A DNA stretch of 64,000 nt from an uncultured bacterium (lineage in GTDB: Bacteria > Zhuqueibacterota > QNDG01 > DTFT01): assembly GCA_963736115.1 (NCBI GenBank), contig CAVTNR010000008.1, forward strand, positions 128,001 through 192,000. The letters run 5' to 3'. The notes below the pieces were generated by a model, which worked only from the letters and a program-made list of their open reading frames with translations, searched no databases and was not told the origin of the DNA. A program made the translations under genes and the position numbers. Positions 32,025 through 42,258 of this stretch are shown piece after piece (the first letter of the stretch is position 1; each line of letters opens with the position of its first letter).

Positions 32025-33257
32025 ATGCGCATTTTTGAATATCAGGCCAAATTTCTTCTCATGCGGTCCGGAATCCCAATACCTGCCGGATTCACGGCAA
32101 GCCATTCCAAAACCGTACAGGCCGCCTCAAAATGCATTCAACAGCCCTTCATGGTCAAGGCCCAGGTCCCGGCCGGATCCAGGAAAGCGGCGGGCGGGGT
32201 CCGGTCGGCGTCCGACCGGCTTGAGGCCGAACGCGCCGCATCCGGGCTTCTGGGGTCGGTTTTAAACCCGGCCGGAAGCGGGCCTTATACGGTTCGTCTG
32301 GTTCTCGTCGAGCGGATGGATGACGTGGTTTCTGAAATGTACGCGGCCGTCGCCCTGGACCGGGATTCGGCCTGCGTGTCCCTGCTGTTGTCCGGAAAAG
32401 GGGGAACGGGCGTGGAGGCGGGTGATCCTGTCCGGATTCCACTGACCGCGTCGGATCCGGAGCACGGATTCTCCGCGGTTCTGTCCATGCAAGCCGCGGC
32501 CGCAATGGGGCTGTCGGGAAAAACGGCGTTGGAAACGGCCCGGGTTCTTTCCGGACTCGTACGTTTGTTTTATCAGCATGAATGCACTTTGGCCGAGATC
32601 AATCCGCTCGCTCTCACCCGGGACGGACGCATCGTCTGCCTGGACGCGAAAATGGACTTCGACGATTACGGCCTTTTCCGGCATCCGGAAATCGGGGCCC
32701 TGTCCGATCCTTCGGTTGCCTTTTCCTGTTTGGACGGCCCGGCGTCCGGCGGTTCCGGAAGCTTTTCGTATGATTTCACGGAATCGGACGCGCATGGGAT
32801 CGCGGAAGCGCTCAGGCTTTCCGCTTTGGAGGAGAACGCCTCGATTTGCGGGGGCCGCATCCCTTTCGTGCGCATGAACGGGGATGTCGGGCTGATCGCG
32901 AACGGCGCGGGACTCGCCATGGCCACGGCCGATGCGCTGGCAGCGGCAGGCGCTTCGGCCTCCGCTTTCTGCGACATCGGGGGAGCGGCCTCTGCCGCGG
33001 ATGTGGAGGAAGCGGTCGCGGCCGTGCTGGCCGTTCCGGCTACGCGGCGGCTTCTCGTGCATGTGTACGGCGGAATCGTCCGGTGCGACGTTGTTGCCGA
33101 AGGCCTCGTGTCCGCTTTGAAGAGCAGAGCCTCGCGGCCTGAAGTCACTGTTCGCTTTGAGGGCAACCGAAAGCAGGAGGGTCTGGCCCTGCTGGCCGCG
33201 TCCGGTCTCCCGTTCCGCATCGCGGGATCGTTCGGGGAGGCGGTAGGGAAGGGGTAG
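32025..33257 (+). CDS. divergent succinyl-CoA ligase beta-subunit-like protein (orphan)
   Basis: IFEYQAK, KAQV, EINPL, LDAK, NGAGLAMAT, GGIVRCD; several motifs degenerate; no alpha subunit adjacent. Confidence 0.8.
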   Translation: MRIFEYQAKFLLMRSGIPIPAGFTASHSKTVQAASKCIQQPFMVKAQVPAGSRKAAGGVRSASDRLEAERAASGLLGSVLNPAGSGPYTVRLVLVERMDDVVSEMYAAVALDRDSACVSLLLSGKGGTGVEAGDPVRIPLTASDPEHGFSAVLSMQAAAAMGLSGKTALETARVLSGLVRLFYQHECTLAEINPLALTRDGRIVCLDAKMDFDDYGLFRHPEIGALSDPSVAFSCLDGPASGGSGSFSYDFTESDAHGIAEALRLSALEENASICGGRIPFVRMNGDVGLIANGAGLAMATADALAAAGASASAFCDIGGAASAADVEEAVAAVLAVPATRRLLVHVYGGIVRCDVVAEGLVSALKSRASRPEVTVRFEGNRKQEGLALLAASGLPFRIAGSFGEAVGKG

Positions 33258-33296
33258 GAGTTAACCCTTCAGGTCTTTCGGCAAGGGAGGAATGAG

Positions 33297-33944
33297 ATGA
33301 AGATAAAATTAGTTGCGATTCTATTGGCATTCTTCTCGATTCAGTCGGGCTCAGCCGCCGGGACTCGTATTCAGTCCGGCTGGAATTTATCTTCTTTTCA
33401 GGATAACGACGGTGAAGGCAGATGGAATTTCATAATCGGGATCGAAAAAGATTGGACAATCCATAAAAGTCTATCCTTCTTCAGCGGTTTGAATTACATC
33501 AGGCATGAGTCCTATTTAAACAACAAGACAGTTAAACGGTATTCGTTTGATTCAGACGTATTTATTTATAACGTGAACGCGAATGTCCAGTATATTGACG
33601 TGCCTCTTGGATTTCTTTTCAGGCACCCGATTTACAGAAAATTCGGTTTGATTTTGAATATATCCCGGTCATTTTATATTGCAGTGGATGATTTTTCAAC
33701 AACGGATATTGTCGATCAATATTTATCAGCGGAATCAGTTTATGATTTGTCATTTACCGAGCGCACAAATTTTCTGTTTGATAATTCCGGTTCCTCCTGG
33801 AATTATGGCGTTGGTATTTATCTGAACAGGGTGACATTTGAGTATGGTTACGTGAAAAACTTGAATGAATTAAGCTTTGTAAATGGTCTGAATATCGGGA
33901 AACGATTTCAGGCTCACTTGATTAAAATGGGTTATCGGTTTTAA
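33297..33944 (+). CDS. AT-rich outer-membrane beta-barrel (PorT/porin-family-like) protein
   Basis: Signal peptide; YIDVPL; C-terminal GYRF; visibly lower GC than flanks. Confidence 0.7.
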   Translation: MKIKLVAILLAFFSIQSGSAAGTRIQSGWNLSSFQDNDGEGRWNFIIGIEKDWTIHKSLSFFSGLNYIRHESYLNNKTVKRYSFDSDVFIYNVNANVQYIDVPLGFLFRHPIYRKFGLILNISRSFYIAVDDFSTTDIVDQYLSAESVYDLSFTERTNFLFDNSGSSWNYGVGIYLNRVTFEYGYVKNLNELSFVNGLNIGKRFQAHLIKMGYRF

Positions 33945-33988
33945 AGCCCGCCCAAATGCCAGGCACCTCATAGGAGCCCGGCACTTTT

Positions 33989-36211
33989 TTAAGGTGCCAT
34001 TTTCAGCACGCTCCCGCCGGACCTTTCGATTTTTTCCTTGTCCCACAAGTCCGGCCTGAAATTGTCCCCTGTGAACAAATTCATCTGATCCCTGTAATGG
34101 AGGTCCATGACCTGACCGGATTGGCCGGTCGATAGGCAGGATACGGAACGGTCGAAGTCCGAAAGGTCGATGATGAGTCTGGCCGATGGCCCTGAAACGA
34201 TATGGAACTGCGGGCCTCCGGAGGCATGCGCCCAGCCTTCGATGCTCGACATGGATTTACCCATCGGGAACGGATGCGTTTTAAAGAAGTCCCGGAAGGG
34301 CCAGCGTCCCCCGAGCGGATGGTCGAATTGAAGTTCGTGCACGCCTCCCCAGTTCCATGCTTCAGGCTTGTCCCCTTGTTTTTCCTTCATCGCTGAAACC
34401 GCATCGGCAAAGCTTTTCTCAATGACAGCGACATGCGATTTTACGGCCCATGGCCTGGTCAGGCTGTCCTGAAGCATATCGAGGCGCAGGGACGGGATGC
34501 GCATCGCGAGCCCTGCCGCAACAGGAGGGGATCCGACCTGAATGAGGTTCGAACTGAGCCGGTCGAGAAAGGTTTCGGCCAGAGCCGCGGCCGGACTGCC
34601 GGACCGCATGTCGCCGTCCCATGCGGAAAGCAGGCGCAGGCCGGCGGTTTCGACGGAATCGGTGCGCTGAGCGCGGGTCAATGCGGGAAGAGCGAGACGG
34701 ACGAGAAAGGAAGAACGGACGGAGACCGCATCCGCCAGAAGTCTGCGGCTGTCCGAAAGGGAGACCGGCTGGGAATCGGGCCAGACAGCGGAAAGCCTGC
34801 TGAAGCGGGGGAGGGACCGCGAGTCCGGCGGTACGGGCCGGTCGAGGTTTCCGTTGCAGAGAAACCCCGGGGATGTGATCCATACGGTCCGGGAGTCCGG
34901 CTTGTACCGGACCGGACAGCGCCGGAAATGCCGACGCCGCCCTGCGTATCCGCCGCTATCCAGGAGAATCCGGGAAGCCGGAGGCCAGCGCTTTTCGACA
35001 GGAATTCATCCGCGGTGGCAGCCTTATTCATGTTCAGCAGAACCGCGGTCTCGTCGGCAGGCTCCAGGCCGGCCCATTCCAGAACCACGCCTGACATTTT
35101 ACGGCCGGGTCCGGGTGATGGGGGTGCGCGGCAGACCAGGGGGCCTGAGGGCAGGCGACCAATCTCGATTGGAATATCCGGCGCGTTCAGAACGGCCAGC
35201 GTGTCCCTTTTAAGAACCGGCTGTGCAGATTCGTCCCAGGACACTGCGCGCCAGGGTGTCCGCTTTTTCTCCTGAAGGCGAGAAAGCCCAGGCCGTGGAA
35301 CCGTTGTGGCCCGCGAGCACGAGCGGATAACCGGGAACCATGAAGCCGGAGGCCTCGAAATCCGGGCATCGGAGAACGGCCTGATACCAGGGCGAGGGAA
35401 TCTGCACGGCCGAGTTCGCGACAAAAATCAGCAAAGGTCTGCCTGAATAGGTCCGGGGCCCGGAAACGGCAAGACCAAAAGTGCCCATCAAAGGATCCGG
35501 AGTGAGTCCTTCAGGTTCCGGCTTCCGGACAGCCGCGTCCAGCATGGCGAGAAGGCGGTCAGACGGGTCCGCGGGGATTTGCCTGTCTTTGTCCGGCTTC
35601 GGGACTGCGGACAGAGCCTGACGCACGGGTTGCGTGAGCCACCGCGAGTCCGCCTGCCAGGCGAACAGGCGGAGAACCGATATGCAGTCGGCCGCGGTCC
35701 AGGGCTCGAAAGCGGCATTGAGAAACCTGAATTCGACGGGAATACGCGAACCGGACGGGCCGGCGGACGCGTTCACCCCTGCCGCGTACGCGTCCATGAT
35801 TTCAGCGGATTCCGGGGAAAGGGACATGGCCGCTTGACGGGCCGCGTCCGCCAAACCGATTTTCCGCATCAGGCTGTCCACAGCCGCGGCCTCAGGACCC
35901 AGCCATTCGGACAGCCTGCCGGCCGCGGTGCGGCGGGACAGTTCCATCTGGAAAAGCCTGTCCTGGCCAGTCACGTATCCCAGGCTGAAAAAGAGGTCGC
36001 GCCTGGACGAGGCGGCGATCGCGGGCACGCTGTAGCTGTCGCGCGTCACGCGTACTTCAGCGGACAGGCCGGACAGCCGGATTTTCCCCGTGCGGTCCGG
36101 CAGGGACGAAACGACCGTGCGGTAGCCGTTTATGCACAGCAGAAATACACCGGCTCCGGCGATGAGGGCGGTCAGGCATCCGAAGCGGATGCGGATTTTG
36201 GGTCTGGGCAA
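33989..36211 (-). pseudogene. penicillin acylase (S45 Ntn hydrolase) family, multiply frameshifted and degenerate
   Basis: RDSYSVPAI, QDRLFQMEL.RR..GRLSE, ADTQG, WGGVH..HPL, GQSG..HY.DQ across three or more frames. Confidence 0.8.
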
Positions 36212-36437
36212 GGGCGGGTTCCTTTTTTACGGTTGATTGGGCCTGCGTCTACCGCGGGGCTGAGTTCCGGCTGAGCTGCGCCCCGGGGCGATCACGGATG
36301 ATTCCTTCTTTCATGATTGCCGCTCTTACACTCCACGAAGCCCTTCGGGGGAGAAGCAGGGAAGCAGAGCTCAGGGCGACGGCGGAGAGAAAGGAGTACT
36401 CGTCCAATTTCGTGTTTTATCTTCGCCGGTTTAGGGA

Positions 36438-36466
36438 ATTGTAAGAATTCACCTGCTCAATGTCAA
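36438..36466 (-). promoter_or_regulatory. sigma70-type promoter
   Basis: TTGACA-N17-TACAAT just after the tmRNA terminator. Confidence 0.65.
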
Positions 36467-36477
36467 GACCAAACGAA

Positions 36478-36504
36478 AACGCACGGCTCTGGAAAGCCGT
36501 GCGT
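36478..36504 (-). terminator. tmRNA terminator
   Basis: ACGCACGGCT-loop-AGCCGTGCGT then TTTCGTTT (minus). Confidence 0.7.
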
Positions 36505-36512
36505 CGTAAAAG

Positions 36513-36872
36513 TGGTGGAGACGGTGGGAATTGAACCCACGTCCGAAAACAGAACACCCCGGAATACTACGTGCGTAGCCCTATCATTTGATCTTGCCCG
36601 GGGCACCCAAAGGGCTGGGATCCCAAGGCCAAGTCCGCTGTTGTCTCGCCGGACTTCCGCGGACATGAAGCCGGCCAGCCCGTCTTAAGCGACGCCCCTA
36701 TACGGCCCCGACAGGCGCGGGCCGCGAGGGACGGGTTGCCTATTTAACTAGGCAGCCATGGCATACGAGTAGTTGTTGCCATTTAATCTGTTCCCGGATT
36801 ATTTACCAGGGTCCAGGAACCTGGACACGCATTCCGAGACCTTACTGAATCCGTCGAATCCAGTTCGTCCCC
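36513..36872 (-). ncRNA. ssrA: tmRNA, tag (A)GNNYSYAMAA
   Basis: 5' GGGGACGAACTGGATTCGAC; 3' GTGGGTTCAATTCCCACCGTCTCCACCA; G3-U wobble; tag frame 36780-36748 ending TAG; TTGACA-N17-TAACTT promoter at 36923-36895. Confidence 0.96.
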
Positions 36873-36957
36873 AAATTGTCAATGAACCATCGGTAAGTTA
36901 CACAAATTATACGGTTCTGTCAATGGAAAGGTTCCGGGAGATTCATTCCTCCCCGCC

Positions 36958-36986
36958 CCTGGATCCCCGCTTGCGCGGGGATGACA
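36958..36986. repeat. GTCATCCC-N-GGGATCCAG REP-like palindrome
   Basis: CTGGATCCCCGCTTGCGCGGGGATGAC; related copy GTCATTCCCGC..GCGGGAATCCAG near 49427-49458. Confidence 0.6.
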
Positions 36987-37029
36987 TTAAAGAAAAATGA
37001 TATTTTAATGCCTTCTCAATATGGAACTG

Positions 37030-39012
37030 TCATTCCTTGTCCGTCTGGTTTTCCCCGAACTGAGTCTCGTAAAGGTTCGCGTACAGCCCAGCCTTCTCGA
37101 TCAGATCCCCGTGCGTCCCGGACTCGGCCACGCGGCCCCGGTCCAGCACCAGGATCATGTCCGCGGCCAGGATGGTGCTGAGCCTGTGCGCGATGACGAT
37201 GTTCGTGCGTCCGGCCATGAGCCGCTTCAGCGCCTCCTGGATGAGCGCCTCGGATTCGCTGTCGAGACTGCTCGTGGCCTCGTCGAGCACCAGGATGCGC
37301 GGGTCCTTCAGGATGACGCGGGCCAGTGCGAGCCTCTGCTTTTCCCCGCCGCTGAGGCGGTAGCCCCTTTCGCCGACCACGGTGTCGTACCGGTCCGGGA
37401 GGCCGGCGATGAAATCGTGTATGTTGGCCGCCTTCGCGGCCTCCTCGAGATCGGTCTGGCGAGCGTCGGGCCTGGCGTAGAGCAGGTTGGTCCGTATGGT
37501 GTCGTGGAACAGGTGCGTCTCCTGCGTCACCATGCCGATCTGTGCCGTCAGCGAGGCCAGAGTCGCTTCGCGGATGTCGACGCCGTCGAGGGTCACGCGA
37601 CCCTCGGTCGGGTCGTACAGCCTGGGAATGAGATAGGTCACCGTGGTCTTGCCCGCGCCGCTGGGCCCGACCAAAGCGGCGAGCTGTCCGGGTTTGACCC
37701 TGAAACTGATGTGTTCGAGCGCCAGACTCCGCGCCTGCGAAGCCGGCGTGGTTCCCGGTCCGCTCTTCGCGCCGGAGAATCCGGCCGCCTGTTTTGCTGC
37801 AGGCAGGGCCGGCTCATCGCCCGACAGGGCCGCGGCCGGGCCATCGGACCGTCCGTAACGCTGAACCTCGGTCAGCAGGCCCTCGGGCCTGACCTCGTAT
37901 CGGAAGGACACATCCTCGAAAGCGAGTTCGCCGGCGATTTTTTTCAGCTCGACCGCGCCCGGTTTTTCCCGGATGTCCGGCCGCATGTCGAGCACCTCGA
38001 ACACGCGCTCGAAACTGACCACGGAGGTCGCGAATTCGACCGGGTTGTTGGCCAGGCCCTGCAGGGACGCGTACAGCAGGGCGAGATAGGACCCGAAGGC
38101 CACGATGGTGCCGACCGTCAGGGACCCGGCCATGACCATGGCCCCGCCGAGCCCGTACACCAGGGCCGTTCCCACGGCGCTGACCAGGCCGATGAAAACC
38201 ATGAACGAGGCGCCCAGCACCGCGCGTTTCACGTCCAGGTCGGCCAGGGCCGAGGCCCTGCGGCTGAAGCGCTCCGTCTCCTCCGCGGCGCGGCCGAAGA
38301 GCTTCACCAGCAGGGCGCCGCCGATGTTCAGGGTCTCCGACATGGCCGCGTTCATGGACGCGTTGGCCTCCATCTGGCGGCGCGAGAGGTCCCGGAGCAG
38401 GCGCGCCAGCCGGCGGGAAACCGCGATGAGGAGCGGCAGGATCACGACGCTGACCGCGGTCAGCCGCCATTCCAGCGAGGCCATCACGGCGAGCACGGCC
38501 GCGCACTGAATCAGGTTCGTGGCAAATCCGGTGATGGTGTAGCTGATCGCGTTCTGCGCGCCCATCACGTCATTGTTCAGCCGGCTGATCAGTTCGCCGG
38601 AGCGGGTGTGCGTGTAGAACCGCAGGGACATTTTCTGCAGGTGGCCGTACAGGGCCGTGCGCAGGTCATAGGTCACGCCCTCGCCGATGGCCGCGTTGAT
38701 GCGTCTCTGCCACACCCGGAGCAGTCCGGCGGCGGCGGGCACGGCCAGCAGGGCGGCCGACAGGCCGACCAGCCGGCGGAGGTCGCCGGACGGGATGACG
38801 CGGTCGATCAGCTGACGCATGATCAGCGGCGTGACGATGCCGAGGCCGGAAGCCGCCAGGATCAGGAGGAAGAGGATGAGGATGCGGCCCCGGTAGGGCC
38901 TGGCGTAACCCAGGACCCGTTTCAGCAGGTTCCGGGTGATTTTCGGTTTTTCGCCCGAAGCATGCATGTATTCGCGCCAGCCCGTGCCGCGCATACCCAT
39001 TCCGAGGCCCAT
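37030..39012 (-). CDS. ABC transporter, fused permease/ATPase (MsbA-like exporter)
   Basis: TM domain; GPSGAGKT; LSGGEKQR; ILVLDEATS; low-complexity insertion at the NBD start. Confidence 0.94.
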   Translation of the reverse strand: MGLGMGMRGTGWREYMHASGEKPKITRNLLKRVLGYARPYRGRILILFLLILAASGLGIVTPLIMRQLIDRVIPSGDLRRLVGLSAALLAVPAAAGLLRVWQRRINAAIGEGVTYDLRTALYGHLQKMSLRFYTHTRSGELISRLNNDVMGAQNAISYTITGFATNLIQCAAVLAVMASLEWRLTAVSVVILPLLIAVSRRLARLLRDLSRRQMEANASMNAAMSETLNIGGALLVKLFGRAAEETERFSRRASALADLDVKRAVLGASFMVFIGLVSAVGTALVYGLGGAMVMAGSLTVGTIVAFGSYLALLYASLQGLANNPVEFATSVVSFERVFEVLDMRPDIREKPGAVELKKIAGELAFEDVSFRYEVRPEGLLTEVQRYGRSDGPAAALSGDEPALPAAKQAAGFSGAKSGPGTTPASQARSLALEHISFRVKPGQLAALVGPSGAGKTTVTYLIPRLYDPTEGRVTLDGVDIREATLASLTAQIGMVTQETHLFHDTIRTNLLYARPDARQTDLEEAAKAANIHDFIAGLPDRYDTVVGERGYRLSGGEKQRLALARVILKDPRILVLDEATSSLDSESEALIQEALKRLMAGRTNIVIAHRLSTILAADMILVLDRGRVAESGTHGDLIEKAGLYANLYETQFGENQTDKE

Positions 39013-39064
39013 GATCTATCCCATGCAAAATTTTCGGATTAGGGAATCATATTCGTCAATAACC

Positions 39065-39172
39065 AGTTCATAGTTCATGATTCATAGTTCATAGTTGAAA
39101 ACAGAAAAGATTCTATCGGGATGAACCGTAAGCTTCTTTTCCATGAACTATGAACTATGAACCAGGAACTAT
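39065..39172. repeat. inverted heptamer arrays
   Basis: (GTTCATR)n 39065-39096 and (YATGAAC)n 39141-39172. Confidence 0.85.
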
Positions 39173-39624
39173 TTCTCGATCTTCACCACGGCCTTGCGGA
39201 TCAGGCCCTCGCCGCCCATGGGCGCGTGGCCGTCGGCCGGGAAGAACAGGGCGAAGGACCCGGCCTCTACCGTCTTCCAGGTCTGCGCGTCGTCCCGGAA
39301 GAAGACAATGTCCCTTTCCGCGTCGAAATCCGATTCCGGGGACAGGCAGCGGTCCAGGGGCTTCCACCCCATGACGTCGGCGCCGGACAGGACGAACTGG
39401 AGATCGATGTACCTGCGGTGGGCCTCGAGTCTGGCGCTCTGCCGGCCCTTGCCCTGGCCCGTGCTGATCAGGCAGAACATCCGGTCAGCGTCGATGTCGA
39501 TGCGGCCGTCCGCGGCGTCATCCCGCAGTTCCGTGCGCAGGAATGCGAAGGCGCGTTCCAAGAGCGGGTGGAGGGAGAAGTACGCTTCGGCGTTGTCGAT
39601 CTGGTCGGTTATGAATTGAGCCAT
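39169..39624 (-). CDS. YhcH/YjgK/YiaL (DUF386) family protein
   Basis: EAHRRYIDLQ; FFPADGHAP; KAVVK. Confidence 0.92.
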   Translation of the reverse strand: MAQFITDQIDNAEAYFSLHPLLERAFAFLRTELRDDAADGRIDIDADRMFCLISTGQGKGRQSARLEAHRRYIDLQFVLSGADVMGWKPLDRCLSPESDFDAERDIVFFRDDAQTWKTVEAGSFALFFPADGHAPMGGEGLIRKAVVKIEK

Positions 39625-39646
39625 GTATCGTTCCCCGTCTTTCTTG

Positions 39647-39839
39647 AGTTCATAGTTCATGGTTCATAGTTCATAGTTGAAAAGCGGATGGAGGCGGTAC
39701 TATCTATTCTCTTTTAAGTTGAGTTCATAGTTCATAGTTGAAAAAACCAAAAGGGGAAATAGTTCATGGAAAAAACGAGAGCGGACTGTTTTCATGATCT
39801 CTATTTTAACTATGAACCATGAACTATGAACCATGAACT
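39647..39839. repeat. inverted heptamer arrays
   Basis: (GTTCATR)n 39647-39678 and 39722-39739; (YATGAAC)n 39808-39839. Confidence 0.85.
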
Positions 39840-39844
39840 GTTTT

Positions 39845-42247
39845 TCAGTACTTCCCCGGCGCGAAGCCGAGGTAGGGGCTGGAATGATCGGTTTCCCTTC
39901 CTGCGCGGTATTTCAGGTACAGCATGGCCGAGTGGTGGTAGGTGACCGGGTAGTCCCGTATCAGGTAGGCCAGGGACCGGTAATCCTTCTTTTCCAGATC
40001 CGGTTCAGCCGTGAGAAGGGCTTCGAATGCCAGGCCTCCCAGTATCCCGTCCGGAATCACGATGAGACTGCGTCCACGGATCCAAGGCTCGACGGGCCTG
40101 ATCAGCGTTTTGTAGCACCAGAACGCGTCCTCCGCGTAACGGCCGTAGTCCATTTTCACGATGCCCTCCCGCACGCCGTGGACGCGGCGCTCCAGGATAG
40201 TATCCCTGGGCAGGCGCACGGTTTCGAACAGGCCGGCCGTGATGACGAATATCGTGACGAAGCGGTCTCCGATGAAATATTCCACGAGCGCGTCTTCGGG
40301 TTTCAAGAGCCTTTTCCGCAGGTCCTCCACGGTGACGGTATACGTGCCGTACCGCAGGCTGAGAAATTCCGGGTATTCCCTGTCGAACCGGCCGATGATT
40401 TCGTCCCATTCGCGTTTAATCTTGAACCGGCGCGCTTCCAGGGACTTCAGGCGGCTGTCGTCCGCCGCCGTCCCGTTCCCCATCTCGTCCCGGATGACCT
40501 TTTTGCAGTCCCCGAATTCGATCCGAAGCCGGTTCTCCTTCTCAATCAGGTCGGCAGGGACTCTGCCAAGGCGCATGGCCTGCTTGTCCATGACCGACCG
40601 CATCTGGATAAAGACCTTGCTCTTTTCGGAAAAGAAGAAAGCTTTTTCCTTGAACCCCTCATTCCCGGTCAGCCGGTGGAGCTCGAGCGCCGTTTCGACC
40701 CCATGTTCGAATATAAAACGGTAATCCGAGGCCAGATCGAGCCTCGGCTCGATGGACAGCATGCCTCCGCCGATACGGTCCATCAGCCGCATGGCCAGCT
40801 CCCAGTTCGTCAGGGCCGCCTCCAGGTCGGCCGGGGACCGGCTGACGCGGGTGTAGCGTTCCCCGAAGGTTTCCGCCTTCAGACGTAAAAGGGGGAGCAT
40901 TTGGAAGTCCACGTCCGGCCCGTCGATCTGCGGATTCGACGCAGGATCGAACCCGCTGAAGCCGGGAACCGCGGCGAGAACCGCGTCCTGCAGGGACCGG
41001 AGCGCGGCCGCATAATTCCCTTTTTTTCGATGCACGTTGGCAATGGCCTTGTGCGACTCCGAGGTCCAGTTGGAATACCGGCCCAGCTTTTCCAGCCGGA
41101 GATCGAGCGATTTACCGTAAAAAGCCAGAGCTTCGTCCAGTTCGCCGCGCCGGACCTTGACATGCCCGATCCGGAAAACCGCCTGCGCCGCCTGAAGCAA
41201 GGTCGATTCCCTGTTTTTGGCGCAGACAGCCAGGCATTGTCGGTAACAGCGCAGGGCCTCTTCCGTTTTTTTCTGCCGCCAGAAGATGTAGCCCATGTGG
41301 TTGTACACGCCCGCGACCGAAGGATGGTCCGGCCCCAGGGTCGTGACGTAGGCCGAGAGGGCCTTTTGCTGGAATGCCATTGCCTTCGGGAAGTCGTCTT
41401 CGAGCAGGGCCAGGGACCCGAGGTTCTCGTACGCACGGCCGGTTTCCGGATGCGCGTCGCCGAAATGCAGCTTGTTGATGTCGAGCGCCCGGCCGTAGAA
41501 AAGTCCGGCGTTTTCCCAGTCGTGCCGGCTCTTGTAGACATTCCCCATCTGCAGGTAGACCTGCGCGAGGTCCGGATGGTTTTCGTCGCGGCATTTCCGC
41601 AGTATGGCCAGTGCCGTGTCGAGGTAGGCCAGTGCGGTCGGATATCGGGTCCTGGCGATGTAGACTTTTCCGATGCGACGGTACGCCATGCCGAGAAGCG
41701 GGCCGTCCGCGGCCGCGAGGGGCAGGGCGCGGAAATAGCAGCTCAGCGCGCTGTCGAAATCGTTCCGTTCGAAACGGAGCTGTCCCAGTCCTGCCCAGGA
41801 GGCCGCGGTTTCCGGCCGGCCGGGGCCGAGCCGGGTATCGGCGATCTGCATGGCGCTGTCGAAGGCCGCATGCGCCGCGTCGAATTCCATGCTCTGAATC
41901 CGGTTCTCACCTATGCCGTTGAGGCATCGGACTACGCTGGACCAGTCCCTTTGCGCGGCGGCCAGCGTCATGGCCCTGCGGAAACTCAGTATGGACGGAC
42001 CGTGCCGGCTGTCGAGAAGCTCCTGCTCGGCCGTGACCATGAGGGAATGAATCCGATCCGAACCGGAACCATGCGCGGAGGGATCCGTTCCCGAGCCGCC
42101 GTGACGCGGAACGGGATTCGCGATCCAGAGCGCGACGAGGAGAAGGATGACCGCGAGAATCCAGGCCCTGGTATTGAAGGCCAAACAGACCTTTTTGAAA
42201 CCGGCCGTGAACCGGCGGCCGGCCCCGCGGCCCGGGGCCCGTTTCAT
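39845..42247 (-). CDS. membrane-anchored TPR protein ending in the N-terminal, non-catalytic half of a CHAT domain
   Basis: N-terminal TM; kinesin-light-chain-like TPRs (HPDLAQVY, HPETGRAY, HPSVAGVY); AF..SEKSK; LVEYF; LIVIPDG.L..L.FEAL; stops at YLGFAPGKY. Confidence 0.85.
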   Translation of the reverse strand: MKRAPGRGAGRRFTAGFKKVCLAFNTRAWILAVILLLVALWIANPVPRHGGSGTDPSAHGSGSDRIHSLMVTAEQELLDSRHGPSILSFRRAMTLAAAQRDWSSVVRCLNGIGENRIQSMEFDAAHAAFDSAMQIADTRLGPGRPETAASWAGLGQLRFERNDFDSALSCYFRALPLAAADGPLLGMAYRRIGKVYIARTRYPTALAYLDTALAILRKCRDENHPDLAQVYLQMGNVYKSRHDWENAGLFYGRALDINKLHFGDAHPETGRAYENLGSLALLEDDFPKAMAFQQKALSAYVTTLGPDHPSVAGVYNHMGYIFWRQKKTEEALRCYRQCLAVCAKNRESTLLQAAQAVFRIGHVKVRRGELDEALAFYGKSLDLRLEKLGRYSNWTSESHKAIANVHRKKGNYAAALRSLQDAVLAAVPGFSGFDPASNPQIDGPDVDFQMLPLLRLKAETFGERYTRVSRSPADLEAALTNWELAMRLMDRIGGGMLSIEPRLDLASDYRFIFEHGVETALELHRLTGNEGFKEKAFFFSEKSKVFIQMRSVMDKQAMRLGRVPADLIEKENRLRIEFGDCKKVIRDEMGNGTAADDSRLKSLEARRFKIKREWDEIIGRFDREYPEFLSLRYGTYTVTVEDLRKRLLKPEDALVEYFIGDRFVTIFVITAGLFETVRLPRDTILERRVHGVREGIVKMDYGRYAEDAFWCYKTLIRPVEPWIRGRSLIVIPDGILGGLAFEALLTAEPDLEKKDYRSLAYLIRDYPVTYHHSAMLYLKYRAGRETDHSSPYLGFAPGKY

Positions 42248-42258
42248 TCCGCGTGTTT

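Noticed and set aside
36330-36375. SRP RNA suggested by GGAAGCAG
   Set aside because: Lacks the CAGG-GRAA-AGCAG helix-8 context; kept only as an unassigned ncRNA candidate.
33260-36513. Integrated element at the tmRNA 3' end
   Set aside because: No integrase, and no duplicated tmRNA 3' end was noticed in the window.
36513-36545. tRNA gene
   Set aside because: The T-arm and CCA belong to the tmRNA tRNA-like domain; there is no anticodon arm.
37730-37900. Insertion in the ABC NBD as an intein or mobile element
   Set aside because: Short Ala/Gly/Pro-rich loop with no intein termini or repeat ends.
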